A stretch of DNA of 64,000 nucleotides, taken from positions 832,001 to 896,000 of the forward strand of contig CAVVJT010000010.1 of the NCBI GenBank assembly GCA_963748625.1. The letters run 5' to 3'. The translations under genes were made by a program, and so were the position numbers. Positions 46,293-55,900 of the stretch are shown piece after piece. The first letter of the stretch is position 1. Every line of letters starts with the position of its first letter. Under the pieces are notes generated by a model that ran no database searches, was not told the origin of the DNA, and was given only the letters and a program-made list of their open reading frames with translations. The stretch is from an uncultured Chloroflexia bacterium (GTDB taxonomy: Bacteria; Chloroflexota; Limnocylindria; Limnocylindrales; CSP1-4).

Positions 46293-47078
46293 ATGAGCTA
46301 CCTGGACGCGTTCAGCCTCGAGGGCAAGGTCGCCATCGTCCCGGGTGGGGCCGGCGCCATCGGTGCGGCGATCTCCAAGGCCCTGGCGGGCGCCGGCGCC
46401 AAGGTGGCGGTGATGGCCCGCACGCTCCCCCAGGCGGAGTCGGTGGCCGCCGAGATCAACGAGGCAGGCGGTGACGCGATCGGCGTGGCGGCGGATGCCA
46501 CGGCGGAAGCCGACTGCGAGGCAGCCGTCGCGGCCACTGTCGAGCGGTTCGGCCACCTTGACATCATCGTCAACTGTGTTGGTGGCGGCGCGGGCAAGGT
46601 CCTCTTCGGCGCGGAGGAGTATCCGCGCGACGCCTGGGACTGGATCATGGAGCTCAACGTCCGGAGCACGCTGGTCGCCACCCAGCCCGCCGTGAAGCAG
46701 ATGATCGCCCAGGGCACCGGCGGCAAAGTCGTCAACATCAGCTCCGTGCGGGCGCAGCTCGGCATCAACGCCGGCTACTCCGCCTATGTCGCTGCAAAGG
46801 GCGCCGTCGAGTCGCTGACCCGCCAGTGGGCCACCGAGTGGGCCAAGCACGGCATCAACGTCAACGGCATCCGGCCGACCTTCGTGGACACCCCGCAGGT
46901 CGCCATGCTGCTGGGGGATCCCGCGTTCAAGGCGGGGATCGTCAGCCGCATCCCGCTCGGCCGCGTGGGCGGCACGGACGACATGACGGGCGCCGTCGTG
47001 TTCCTGTGCTCCCCCGCCGCGGCCTTCGTCACCGGCCAGACCATCGGGCTCGATGGCGGCCTCACCGCCACCCAGTAG
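46293..47078 (+). CDS. Short-chain dehydrogenase/reductase (gluconate 5-dehydrogenase/KduD-like)
   Basis: PGGAGAIG, NISS, YVAAK, WAKHGINVNGI, IPLGRVG. Confidence 0.9.
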   Translation: MSYLDAFSLEGKVAIVPGGAGAIGAAISKALAGAGAKVAVMARTLPQAESVAAEINEAGGDAIGVAADATAEADCEAAVAATVERFGHLDIIVNCVGGGAGKVLFGAEEYPRDAWDWIMELNVRSTLVATQPAVKQMIAQGTGGKVVNISSVRAQLGINAGYSAYVAAKGAVESLTRQWATEWAKHGINVNGIRPTFVDTPQVAMLLGDPAFKAGIVSRIPLGRVGGTDDMTGAVVFLCSPAAAFVTGQTIGLDGGLTATQ

Positions 47079-47102
47079 CCCCTGCAGAGAGCGAGACCGA
47101 GA

Positions 47103-47996
47103 ATGGAGCAGGTCACCGACCGGATCTGGGCCGAGACGAAGGTCCGCGGGTGCAACCCGTGCTTCGTCAAGACGTCCAAGGGACCCGTGGTCATCGATAC
47201 TCCGCAGCTCCCCACCCGCGCGGTTGCGATGCGCGACATGGTCGAGTCGATCGGGCCGATCCAGTACCTGATCAACACGGAGCACCACGTCGACCACATC
47301 TTCGGCAACTACTGGTTCAAGGGCCGCACGCAGATCGTCCACCACCAGGGCGTCCACGACCGGTTCATGACCGTCTATCCGGAACTGGACCCGTTCACGT
47401 ACGCCCTCGAGGCCCTGCCGACCGATGATCCTGACGGCGCCGCCCTCGTCCCCGACCGCGAGACCTATTACGCGAACATGGGTACCGGCGACATCGTGTT
47501 CAGCGGTGACCTGACGCTCAAGGTCGGCGACCGCACGTTCGCGCTGCTCCACACCCCGGGCCACACGCCGGGCCAGGTGGCCGTCTACGTGCCCGAGGAG
47601 CGCGCCGTCTTCACCGGCGACACGATCTTCTCCGAGTGCACCACGTGGCTCATGACGTCCAACGTGGACCAGTGGATCACGGCGCTCGACCGGATCCGCG
47701 CCCTGGACATCGACTACGTGATCCCGGGCCACGGCCCGGTGCAGCCGAAGTCGTACCTGGCCACGCAACGCTCGTTCATGCTCGAGTGGAAGGCGGCCGT
47801 CGCGGTGGCGATCGCGAAGGGCTGGAGCCGCGAGGAGACCATCGCGCGGGTCAGCTTCGCCGAGCGCTACCCGGTGGATATCGGGCAGGAGTACATGATG
47901 GAGTACATCCAGGAGCGCAACGCCGGCGCCCTGTACGACCTGTTCACCAAGCCCACCGAGACGACCTTCCCCGCGGAGCACCCGCCGGCCCGGTAG
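47103..47996 (+). CDS. Metallo-beta-lactamase-fold hydrolase
   Basis: VIDT, TEHHVDHIFGN, HTPGHT, TGDT, IPGHG. Confidence 0.9.
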   Translation: MEQVTDRIWAETKVRGCNPCFVKTSKGPVVIDTPQLPTRAVAMRDMVESIGPIQYLINTEHHVDHIFGNYWFKGRTQIVHHQGVHDRFMTVYPELDPFTYALEALPTDDPDGAALVPDRETYYANMGTGDIVFSGDLTLKVGDRTFALLHTPGHTPGQVAVYVPEERAVFTGDTIFSECTTWLMTSNVDQWITALDRIRALDIDYVIPGHGPVQPKSYLATQRSFMLEWKAAVAVAIAKGWSREETIARVSFAERYPVDIGQEYMMEYIQERNAGALYDLFTKPTETTFPAEHPPAR

Positions 47997-48313
47997 GGCG
48001 CAGCTGGGTCCGAGCTCCGTCCGCTCGGGCGATCCAGCGGCCCCCTCCCCATGTTCGCAGGCCCGTTCCCGGGGGCCGGGACAACGGTTCCAGCGCATGC
48101 CAGGATCCCCGGGCACGGGACAGTCGCTGCGTAAGGGTGCCCCTGGTGCGCGAGGGGCCGCATGGTGCGGGAAGGCCGACGCGTGACGCGATGGTTGTCC
48201 CGCTGGGCGGGAATCGAATGGGAACGGCGCGCGTCGGGGGGACGAACGGCCCGGGTGGGACCCCCCTTCTGCCCGATTGCCGGGCAGCCAGCGCGACGTG
48301 CACGATCGCAGCG

Positions 48314-50317
48314 ATGAACGTCGTCTGCCCCTACTGCCGTGTGCCTGTTGCCGTCGACTCGGCGGGCAACAGCGCCTGTGGGCACCTGCGGGGCAACGCG
48401 GGAGCGCCGGTGCCGCCACCGGTCACCCAAGCCGCACCTCCCCCGCCGGCTCCGGTGCGTCCCCCATCGACGCAGCCGCCGCCGGTCATGCCCGCGCCTC
48501 CGGCCGCACCCCAGGGCGCGACGCCCGGCTGGTCCGCGCCCCCTCCCAAGCGCGGCGGCTGCGGCAAGGCGCTCGGCTGCCTCGCCATCGGTGGGGCGCT
48601 TGTCGTCGCCGCGCTGGTCGGCATCATGCTCTTGCCCGACAGCCTGCTGGACGACCCGTCGGCGGCCGGCGCTACCCGGGCCCCCGGCGCTGCGACCACC
48701 GGCCCGGCGACCACCGAGCCCACACCGCCGCCCGCGGCCGGACCCCTCACCGGCACCATCACCGTCGGCGAGGGCGCGCCCGTGCTGGCGACGAAGGTCA
48801 AGGCCGGCAAGGCAGCCACGCTCAGGGCACCTGGTGATGGGCCTGCCGCCGGGCTCGTGATCGAGGTGCCAACGGGGGCCTACCCCGAGAAGCGGACCTT
48901 CCAGGTCTCCGCGGCCCCGCTCGACATCTCCGGCTTCGACGGTGCCGTCACCCCGATCTCGCCGCTGTTCACGATCGACAACGGCGGCGGGTACGCAGCA
49001 TCACCCATCGAGATCACCATCCCCGTGGACATCCCCGACGGCAGCTTCGCGATGGGCTTCTACCTCCACGACGACGGGTCGCTCGAGGCGATCCCGGTGC
49101 TTGAGGAGAGCGCAGCTTCGATCACGATCGCCACGCGCCACTTCTCCTCGCTGTTCATCGCGATGATCGCCACGGCCAGCCTGCCGGAGACGGTCGGGAC
49201 CGGCTTCCGCGCCGGGGAGGACGATTTCGCGGCACCCAACTACGGCAGCTACATCGCCCCCGGTGGCCACTGCGCGGGCCAGTCACTCGCCTCGATGTGG
49301 TACTTCTCCGAGCGGCGCAGCCAGGGCGCCCCGCAGCTGCACACGCTCTACGAGGGCGTTGGGGACTTCTCGATGACCGAGACGTGGGTCGATGACCGCG
49401 ACATCTACCGCCTCGCCTCGTCGGTGCAGGTCGACCAGGACCTCGGCCTGCTCTACAAGGCGGAGCGAGCCCTCAAGCTTGCCGACTACCAGCGGACGGC
49501 CTGGCTGTCCTTCCGCTATGCGATGCACGTGACGGCCCAGCCCCAGTACGTGAGCCTGGCGGTCAGGGGCGAGGACGGCGGGCATGCCCTGGTCGCCTAC
49601 GCCTACACCCCGTACGGCCTCTTCGTCGCTGACCCGAACGCCCCGGGCGAGCTGCGCAGCATCCATTGGAATGCGGATGCCGGCCGCTTCGACCCCTACG
49701 GCTCGGGCCCCACCGCCGAGACCAGCGACCGGATGTACGACCAGGTCATGTTCTACGCGAAGAGCTCGCTCATCGATTGGGGGCGGATCGGCGCGCGGTG
49801 GGCTGCACTCGAGGACGGCACCATCGGCCAGGACCGCTTCCCGACCTTCTCCTACGAGTACCTGGCCGGCCAGGATGCGACGGGGGTCGACATCTGGCTG
49901 CCGCTGACCGACGGCACAACCGTGCCCGCCTCCACCATCACCATCCGCGCAAGCTCGTGGCCCCCGGCCTCCGGCGAGGTGACGGTGTACGCGGACGCCG
50001 ATCGCTCGTTCGGGGTGCTCGGCACGTTCCCCGCCGGCTGGCCGAACCAGGGAAACGTCGACCTGGGGTACGGAACCTTTGCGATCGGCCTGTATGCGCA
50101 GGCGATCCCCAAGGGCAAGGCCGAGTCCGAAGCCGTGGACTTCCGGACCATCCGCGTCACCACCGGCCTTCCTCCATCCTTCACGCCCGCGCCGCCCGCC
50201 GCCGAGCCGACCCCCGACGCCGGGTACGACTGCAGCACCAAGCCCAAGGGCCAGATCGAGCAGCTCGACTGGGCGCTCCACTGCGAGCAGATCCAGACGA
50301 TCCAGCCGGCACCCTGA
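48314..50317 (+). CDS. Single-pass membrane protein: Zn-ribbon, Pro-rich linker, TM, beta-rich domain, papain-like Cys-His-Asp domain
   Basis: CPYC...CGH; PPPP linker; hydrophobic LAIGGALVVAALVGIMLL; TRHFS; GHCAGQS...GGHALVAY...VADPN. Confidence 0.65.
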   Translation: MNVVCPYCRVPVAVDSAGNSACGHLRGNAGAPVPPPVTQAAPPPPAPVRPPSTQPPPVMPAPPAAPQGATPGWSAPPPKRGGCGKALGCLAIGGALVVAALVGIMLLPDSLLDDPSAAGATRAPGAATTGPATTEPTPPPAAGPLTGTITVGEGAPVLATKVKAGKAATLRAPGDGPAAGLVIEVPTGAYPEKRTFQVSAAPLDISGFDGAVTPISPLFTIDNGGGYAASPIEITIPVDIPDGSFAMGFYLHDDGSLEAIPVLEESAASITIATRHFSSLFIAMIATASLPETVGTGFRAGEDDFAAPNYGSYIAPGGHCAGQSLASMWYFSERRSQGAPQLHTLYEGVGDFSMTETWVDDRDIYRLASSVQVDQDLGLLYKAERALKLADYQRTAWLSFRYAMHVTAQPQYVSLAVRGEDGGHALVAYAYTPYGLFVADPNAPGELRSIHWNADAGRFDPYGSGPTAETSDRMYDQVMFYAKSSLIDWGRIGARWAALEDGTIGQDRFPTFSYEYLAGQDATGVDIWLPLTDGTTVPASTITIRASSWPPASGEVTVYADADRSFGVLGTFPAGWPNQGNVDLGYGTFAIGLYAQAIPKGKAESEAVDFRTIRVTTGLPPSFTPAPPAAEPTPDAGYDCSTKPKGQIEQLDWALHCEQIQTIQPAP

Positions 50318-50357
50318 CACCCGCAGCTCCGCGCCTGTCTCCCCTACCCTGATCAGC

Positions 50358-51014
50358 ATGTCCGGCCTGCTGTATCCGAGCTATGCGCTCGCCTATGTCG
50401 TGCTCCTCGCCTGGGGCTCACGCCTCCTCGTGCGGCGGCCGCGCGCCAGCACGGCGATCATCCTGGCCGTCACCTTCGGCGTCTTCTGGGACAACCTGGT
50501 CCTCGCGTTCGGCGGACTTCTGGGTGACGGTGAGCTCCTCCTCGCCCTGTCGGTCCCCCGGTTCGCGCTGCACCAGCTGGTGCTGCCGTGGCTGATCTAC
50601 GCCGCGTGGTCGATGGCGGACCAGGCCGGCCACGGCTGGGCGGCGCAACGCTGGGCGCAGCCCGGGGCGATCAGTCTCGCCCTGCTCGTCATGGCGGCAG
50701 GCATCGCGACCCGGCTGCTGGGCGTCACGCTGGAGCCGGCGGTCCTTGACGGCGTCCTGCGCTACGTGGCGGTCGGGATCAAGGGGCCGCCCATCGTGAG
50801 CATCGTCAGCATCGCGTTCGTGGGTGTCGCGGGCATCCGATTCTGGCGGTCGGGCTGGCCCTGGGTCACCGTCGCCGCCATCGCGGTCGCCGTCGGCGAG
50901 GGCTTCCCTGACGAGAGCGTCCGGCGGGTGGTCGGGTCGGCCCTCGAACTGGTGTTCATCGCCGTGCTGCTCGAGACGCAGCGGCGCCTGGACGCCGGCC
51001 GGCTCCGCGCCTGA
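50358..51014 (+). CDS. Hypothetical multi-pass membrane protein
   Basis: About 7 hydrophobic helices; TAnnnT box 7 nt before the ATG. Confidence 0.7.
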   Translation: MSGLLYPSYALAYVVLLAWGSRLLVRRPRASTAIILAVTFGVFWDNLVLAFGGLLGDGELLLALSVPRFALHQLVLPWLIYAAWSMADQAGHGWAAQRWAQPGAISLALLVMAAGIATRLLGVTLEPAVLDGVLRYVAVGIKGPPIVSIVSIAFVGVAGIRFWRSGWPWVTVAAIAVAVGEGFPDESVRRVVGSALELVFIAVLLETQRRLDAGRLRA

Positions 51015-51033
51015 CCGCCACGGGTCGCCGTCC

Positions 51034-53160
51034 TCAGGCCCGGCCGGCGGCCGTCTCCTCCGCGCGGGTGCGGCCCGCCAGGGCGATGAGGTCCTCGTGG
51101 AGCTCGAACCAGGCGCCGTGGTAGCTGTCCACCTTGGGGCTCGCGATGTACTTCCCGTTGCCGCCCTCCACCTGGGCCGCCGCAGCGGACAGCCGCACGC
51201 CGTAGAGCGCCAGCCTGGGCAGCCCGGCCGATACCGACGCGAGCCATCCCTCCACGTCACGGTGCAGCTCGCCGAGCCGGGCCAGGACCGCGGCGTCGTA
51301 GGCGGCGTCGGCATGGTCGTTGAAGACGCCTGGCCCCTTGGTCTGCCAGTCGGTGACGACCTGCTTCATCCGCCGGTCGAGGGTGACGAAAGCGTCGAGC
51401 GCGGCGTCCGCGGCAGCCGGGCCCCAGGCGGCACGATCCTCTGCGACCAGCGCCGCGGCGGCCTCCTTGCCCCCGTCGGTGAGGCGGAAGGCGCCCGAGA
51501 ACGGCTCGGCCAGGCCATCGGCCACGAGGGTGTCGATCTTGGACGTCGCCACATCGACCGGGACGCCCATCGCGACCGCGAGCGTGTCCGGCGTGGCGTT
51601 GCCCTTCGCCCTGAGCATCCGGAGCGCCAGGCTCCGCAGGTCGCCCTCCGCCGCCGCTGCCGGTGACGGCGCCCGTGCAGCCCGTGGCTCCTCATCCTCG
51701 CCGATCGCGGTCCCGAGCTCCCGCGCCCACCCGAGCAGCACCTTCGCCTCGGGCACGACCTCCTCCACGCCCGAAGCGACGCCCTCGAAGACCTCGCCGG
51801 TGGCGCCGTCGATCGTGATCACCGCGCCTGCGGCCAGCGTGCGCCCGCCGATGGCCACCACCCCATCCCCGATCACCACGTCGGATGCGCCCACGACCGC
51901 GGGAATCCCCCACCCCCGTGCGACCACCGCCGCGTGCGAGACGAAGCCGCCGGTGGACGTCAGGATCCCGGTCGCCCGGCCCATCCCGTGGACGTCGTCG
52001 GGCGAGGTCTCGGCGCGGACGAGGATCACGTCGCGGCCCGCGTCGGCGACCGCAACCGCGGCGTCCGGCGTCAGCGCGATCTCGCCGCAGGCGATGCCCG
52101 GAGAGGCCGCGAGGCCCGACGCCAGCAGCACGCCACCACCATCCCGGCACACGACCGAGCGGGGCGGATCGGCCAGGATCAGCCGCACGCGCTCCACCGC
52201 CTCCTCGCGGGACAGCGGGAACGTGGGGTCTTCCGCCATGTCGAGTGCCATCCGGAGCGCGGCCTGGGGCGTCCGCTTGCCGACCCGCACCTGGAGCAGG
52301 AACAGCCGGCCCTGCTCGATGGTGAACTCGATGTCACAGCAATCGCGGTAGTGGCGCTCGAGGCGGCCTGCGAAGTCCCGCAGCTCCGCCCCGACCGACG
52401 GCAGGCGCGTCTCAAGGACGGCGATCGGCTCCGTGGCGTGCGTGCCTGCGACCACGTCCTCGCCCTGGGCGTTGAAGAGGATGTCGCCGTAGAGCAGGTG
52501 CTCGCCGGTCGCCGGGTTGCGCGTGAAGAGCACCCCGGTTCCCGAGTCCGGGCCCCGGTTCCCGAACACCATCGCCTGGACGGTGACCCCGGTGCCCAGG
52601 TCGTCCGCGATCCCCTCGTGCTCGCGGTAGGCCTTCGCCCGATCGCTGTTCCAGGAGCGGAACACCGCCTCGACGGCGCCGCGCAGCTGGTCCCACGGGT
52701 CGGCGGGCACTGCGGGTACGCCCACGATCGAGCAGTACGAGGCCCGGAACCGCGCGTGGCAGTCGGCGGCGAACGCCGCGTCGCCTGAGACCCTCGCCAG
52801 GCCCGCCTCGGTCGCCTCGTTGAGTCCGAGGTTCAGGATCGTGTCCATCATCCCGGGCATCGACCGCGGAGCGCCGGACCGGACCGAGACGAGCAGCGGG
52901 TCGATCGCCGATCCGAAGCCCCGCCCGACCTTCAGCTCGAGCGCGGCCATCTGCGCGCGCAGCTCGTCGGTCAGCCCGGCGGGCCAGCCGTGGGCGAGGT
53001 AGTCCAGGCAGGCCTCGGTGGACACCGTGAACGCCGGCGGGACCGGCAGCCCCATCGCCACCGCCATGGTCGAGATGTTGGCGGCCTTGCCGCCGATCTT
53101 GCGCTGCAGCTCGGGGAGCGGCAGGCCATGGTCGACGTCGTACGCGAAGACGAACGTCAC
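51034..53160 (-). CDS. PPDK-like protein: ATP-grasp and phospho-His swivel domains fused to a winged-helix/helical domain; no pyruvate-binding barrel
   Basis: GGKAANI, PVPPAF, LLVSVRSGA..SMPGMMDTILNLG, QAMVFGN, QGEDVVAG, DIEFTIE, GGFVSHAAVVARGWG; C-terminus DSYHGAWFELHEDL. Confidence 0.85.
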   Translation of the reverse strand: MTFVFAYDVDHGLPLPELQRKIGGKAANISTMAVAMGLPVPPAFTVSTEACLDYLAHGWPAGLTDELRAQMAALELKVGRGFGSAIDPLLVSVRSGAPRSMPGMMDTILNLGLNEATEAGLARVSGDAAFAADCHARFRASYCSIVGVPAVPADPWDQLRGAVEAVFRSWNSDRAKAYREHEGIADDLGTGVTVQAMVFGNRGPDSGTGVLFTRNPATGEHLLYGDILFNAQGEDVVAGTHATEPIAVLETRLPSVGAELRDFAGRLERHYRDCCDIEFTIEQGRLFLLQVRVGKRTPQAALRMALDMAEDPTFPLSREEAVERVRLILADPPRSVVCRDGGGVLLASGLAASPGIACGEIALTPDAAVAVADAGRDVILVRAETSPDDVHGMGRATGILTSTGGFVSHAAVVARGWGIPAVVGASDVVIGDGVVAIGGRTLAAGAVITIDGATGEVFEGVASGVEEVVPEAKVLLGWARELGTAIGEDEEPRAARAPSPAAAAEGDLRSLALRMLRAKGNATPDTLAVAMGVPVDVATSKIDTLVADGLAEPFSGAFRLTDGGKEAAAALVAEDRAAWGPAAADAALDAFVTLDRRMKQVVTDWQTKGPGVFNDHADAAYDAAVLARLGELHRDVEGWLASVSAGLPRLALYGVRLSAAAAQVEGGNGKYIASPKVDSYHGAWFELHEDLIALAGRTRAEETAAGRA

Positions 53161-55427
53161 GACGCGGGTTCCTTGGCCTGCAGCGCGTGCCAGACGCGCT
53201 CGGGGGTGAGCGGGAGGTCGTGGAGCTCGATGCCGGCGGCCTCGCGCACGGCAGCTGCCACGGCTGACGCCACGCCCAGCAGCGCGCCCTCGCTCATGCC
53301 CTTGCTGCCATACGGTCCCGGCCCGTCCGCATTCTCGACGGCCTCGCTGTGGAGCTCGACCGGGAGGTCCATGGACGTGGGGATCCGGTAGTCGATGGCG
53401 CCCAGGTTCCGGATCCGGCCCCAGTCGTCCCAGATGTAGTGCTCCATGAGCGTGTGGCCGAGGCCCATGATCGCCGCGCCCTCGTCCTGCATCCGGACCT
53501 GGAGCGGGTTGAGGGCTTTGCCGACATCGCTCACCGTGATGTGCCGGTGGATCGTGATGTCCCCGGTCTCCTCGTCGACGGACGCCTCGATGGCGGTTGC
53601 GTTGAACTCGAAGAAGGCGGCGGCGCCCGAGAGCGGGTGTGCGGGGTCGGCGTCCTTGCGGGTCTCGCCAAGACCCGTGATCTCGCCACCCAGCCTGCCG
53701 AAACCCGGCTTCATGACGTCCACAGGGGCGAGCTCGCGGCCGTCGGGCAGGCGGATGCGGCCGTTCGCGACCTCGATCGCCGCCTCGTCGATGCCGTGGA
53801 CGCGCGCGGCCATCGTGCGCAGCCTGGCCTGGACGTCCCGGCACGCAGCAAGGACGGCGTTGCCCATGAGCACGGTGGAGCGCGACGCCGACGTCTGCTG
53901 GTCGTACGGGACGATCGCGGTGTCGCCCATGACGACCGTGACCCAGTCGAGCGGGGCGCCCAGCTCCTGTGCGGCGATCTGTGCCAGGACGGTGCGGGCG
54001 CCCTGGCCCATGTCGGATGTGCCCGCGTACACGACGACCGACCCGTCGCCGAGGAGGCGCACGGTCGAATAGGACAGGCCGGTGGTGGGACCGGACTTGA
54101 TGCCCAGGGCGATGCCGCGGCCACGGCCCTCGGGGATCGGTGTGTCCCAGCCGATGCGATCCGCAGCGAGGCGGACGGTCTGCTCCCACTCCCCGTCGCA
54201 GGGCGTGTCGAACGGGATGAAGCGATCGCCCTTGTGCGCCAGGTTGCGCAGGCGGATGTCCAGCCGGTCGATGCCGAGCGCCTTCGCGCCGTCGTCGAGG
54301 TTGGACTCGACCGCCCAGTTGACCTGGGGGTTGCCGAAGCCGCGGAAGGCGGTCGAGGGGACGGTGTGCGACAGGATCGAGCGGGCCACGATGCGGACGG
54401 CGGGCACGAGGTACGGCCCGGCGGCCGGGTACGACCCCTTGCCCACGACCCGGTCCGCGATGTCCGTGTACGCGCCGATGAGATAGTCGGCGCGGATGTC
54501 CTGGAAGGCGATGCGACCGTCGGTGGTGAAGCCGGTCCGCACGTGGGTCTCGCACGCGGCGCGTCGCACGGCCTGGAACGTCTCCTCGAGCGTGAGGACG
54601 AGACGCACGGGCCGCCCGACCTTGAGCGCGGCGAACACGACCGCCGGCTCGTACTTCGCGTGCTGCTTGCCGCCGAAGCCGCCACCCGGGTCCGGGGCGA
54701 AGACCCGCACCTTCGCAAGCGGCAGGCCGACGAGCTGGGCGATGGTCTTCTGGAGCCAGTTGGGGTGCTGGATCGTGGACCACACGGCTATACCCCCGCC
54801 ATCCGGCGCGGCCATGAAGGCGTGGGGCTCGATGGCGAAGTGGGTGACCATGGGGAAGGTGTAGCGGCCCTCCACGATGACGCCTGCGGCGCGCTCGGCG
54901 GCCACGAGGTCGCCCCACTCGACGCGGTGCTCGTTGAGGACGTTGGTGTCCGCCCGCGGGTCGGCGGCGCCGCGGAGGGCCGGGTCCTGGACGAGGGGCG
55001 CGCCGGGCGCCAGCGCGGTGCCGATCGTGACGACCGCGGGGAGCTCCTCGAAGCTCACCTTGACGGCCGCGGCGCCGGCCTCGGCCTGCTCGAGCGTGTC
55101 GGCCGCGACAAGGGCGACGGGATCACCGTGGAACTTGGTCTCGCCGATCGCGAGCACCGGCCGGTCCACGCGCTGCGGGCCGAAGCGGGGCATCGGGTCC
55201 GGCAGGTCCGCGGCCGTCAGGACGAGGCGCACGCCGGGCAGGGCGAGTGCAGCCGATGCGTCGATCGCGTCGATCCGGGCACGGGCGACCGGCAGGGTGA
55301 CCAGCTTCGCGTGGAGCACGTCGGCGAGGCGGATGTCCGCGAGGTACTGCTGGGCGCCGGTCACCCGGTCGATGCCGCCGACACGATTCGGGGAGCCGCC
55401 GATGACCGGGTGGTCGGCAGGGCTCAC
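53157..55427 (-). CDS. Xanthine dehydrogenase-family molybdopterin-binding large subunit
   Basis: GGGFGGK, AFRGFG, DMGQG, SASRST, catalytic-Glu motif KGMSE. Confidence 0.95.
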   Translation of the reverse strand: MSPADHPVIGGSPNRVGGIDRVTGAQQYLADIRLADVLHAKLVTLPVARARIDAIDASAALALPGVRLVLTAADLPDPMPRFGPQRVDRPVLAIGETKFHGDPVALVAADTLEQAEAGAAAVKVSFEELPAVVTIGTALAPGAPLVQDPALRGAADPRADTNVLNEHRVEWGDLVAAERAAGVIVEGRYTFPMVTHFAIEPHAFMAAPDGGGIAVWSTIQHPNWLQKTIAQLVGLPLAKVRVFAPDPGGGFGGKQHAKYEPAVVFAALKVGRPVRLVLTLEETFQAVRRAACETHVRTGFTTDGRIAFQDIRADYLIGAYTDIADRVVGKGSYPAAGPYLVPAVRIVARSILSHTVPSTAFRGFGNPQVNWAVESNLDDGAKALGIDRLDIRLRNLAHKGDRFIPFDTPCDGEWEQTVRLAADRIGWDTPIPEGRGRGIALGIKSGPTTGLSYSTVRLLGDGSVVVYAGTSDMGQGARTVLAQIAAQELGAPLDWVTVVMGDTAIVPYDQQTSASRSTVLMGNAVLAACRDVQARLRTMAARVHGIDEAAIEVANGRIRLPDGRELAPVDVMKPGFGRLGGEITGLGETRKDADPAHPLSGAAAFFEFNATAIEASVDEETGDITIHRHITVSDVGKALNPLQVRMQDEGAAIMGLGHTLMEHYIWDDWGRIRNLGAIDYRIPTSMDLPVELHSEAVENADGPGPYGSKGMSEGALLGVASAVAAAVREAAGIELHDLPLTPERVWHALQAKEPAS

Positions 55428-55900
55428 GACGCGACCTCCCCGCTCGCGACGGCCTCAACCGCCTCGAAGATCTGCTCGTAGCAGGCGCACCGGCAGAGGT
55501 TCCCTGCCATCCCCTCCTCGATCTCGTGGCGCGTCGGGTGCGCGTGCTCCGCGAGCAGGGCATGCGCCGACATCAGCTGGCCCGGGATGCAGAAGCCGCA
55601 TTGGACCGCGCCCTTGTCCAGGAACGCCTGCTGGAGCGGGGCAAGGCGGCCGTCGCGCGACGCCAGGCCCTCCACGGTGAGGATCGCGGCGCCGTCGCAC
55701 TCCGCCGCAAGCACCAGGCAGGCGTCCACGCTCCGGCCGTCGAGCAGCACCGTGCACGCGCCACACTCCCCCACGAGGCAGCACTCCTTGGTGCCGGTCA
55801 GCTCGAGATCGCATCGCAGGACGTCGAGAAGGGTGGCATGCGGGGCGACGTCCACGGTGCGGGCGATGCCGTTCACGGTCATCGTGACGTTGATGGTCAT
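55424..55900 (-). CDS. XDH-family 2x[2Fe-2S] small subunit
   Basis: GTKECCLVGECGACTV, QCGFCIPG, GNLCRC. Confidence 0.95.
   Translation of the reverse strand: MTINVTMTVNGIARTVDVAPHATLLDVLRCDLELTGTKECCLVGECGACTVLLDGRSVDACLVLAAECDGAAILTVEGLASRDGRLAPLQQAFLDKGAVQCGFCIPGQLMSAHALLAEHAHPTRHEIEEGMAGNLCRCACYEQIFEAVEAVASGEVAS

Noticed and set aside
46293-47078. SDR as the KduD of the island's GH88/KdgK route
   Set aside because: It lies outside the repeat-bounded island and carries the operator of the XDH/dikinase cluster, not the island motif.
51034-53160. Canonical pyruvate phosphate dikinase (ppdK)
   Set aside because: There is no C-terminal PEP/pyruvate-binding TIM barrel, so it cannot perform the full reaction alone.
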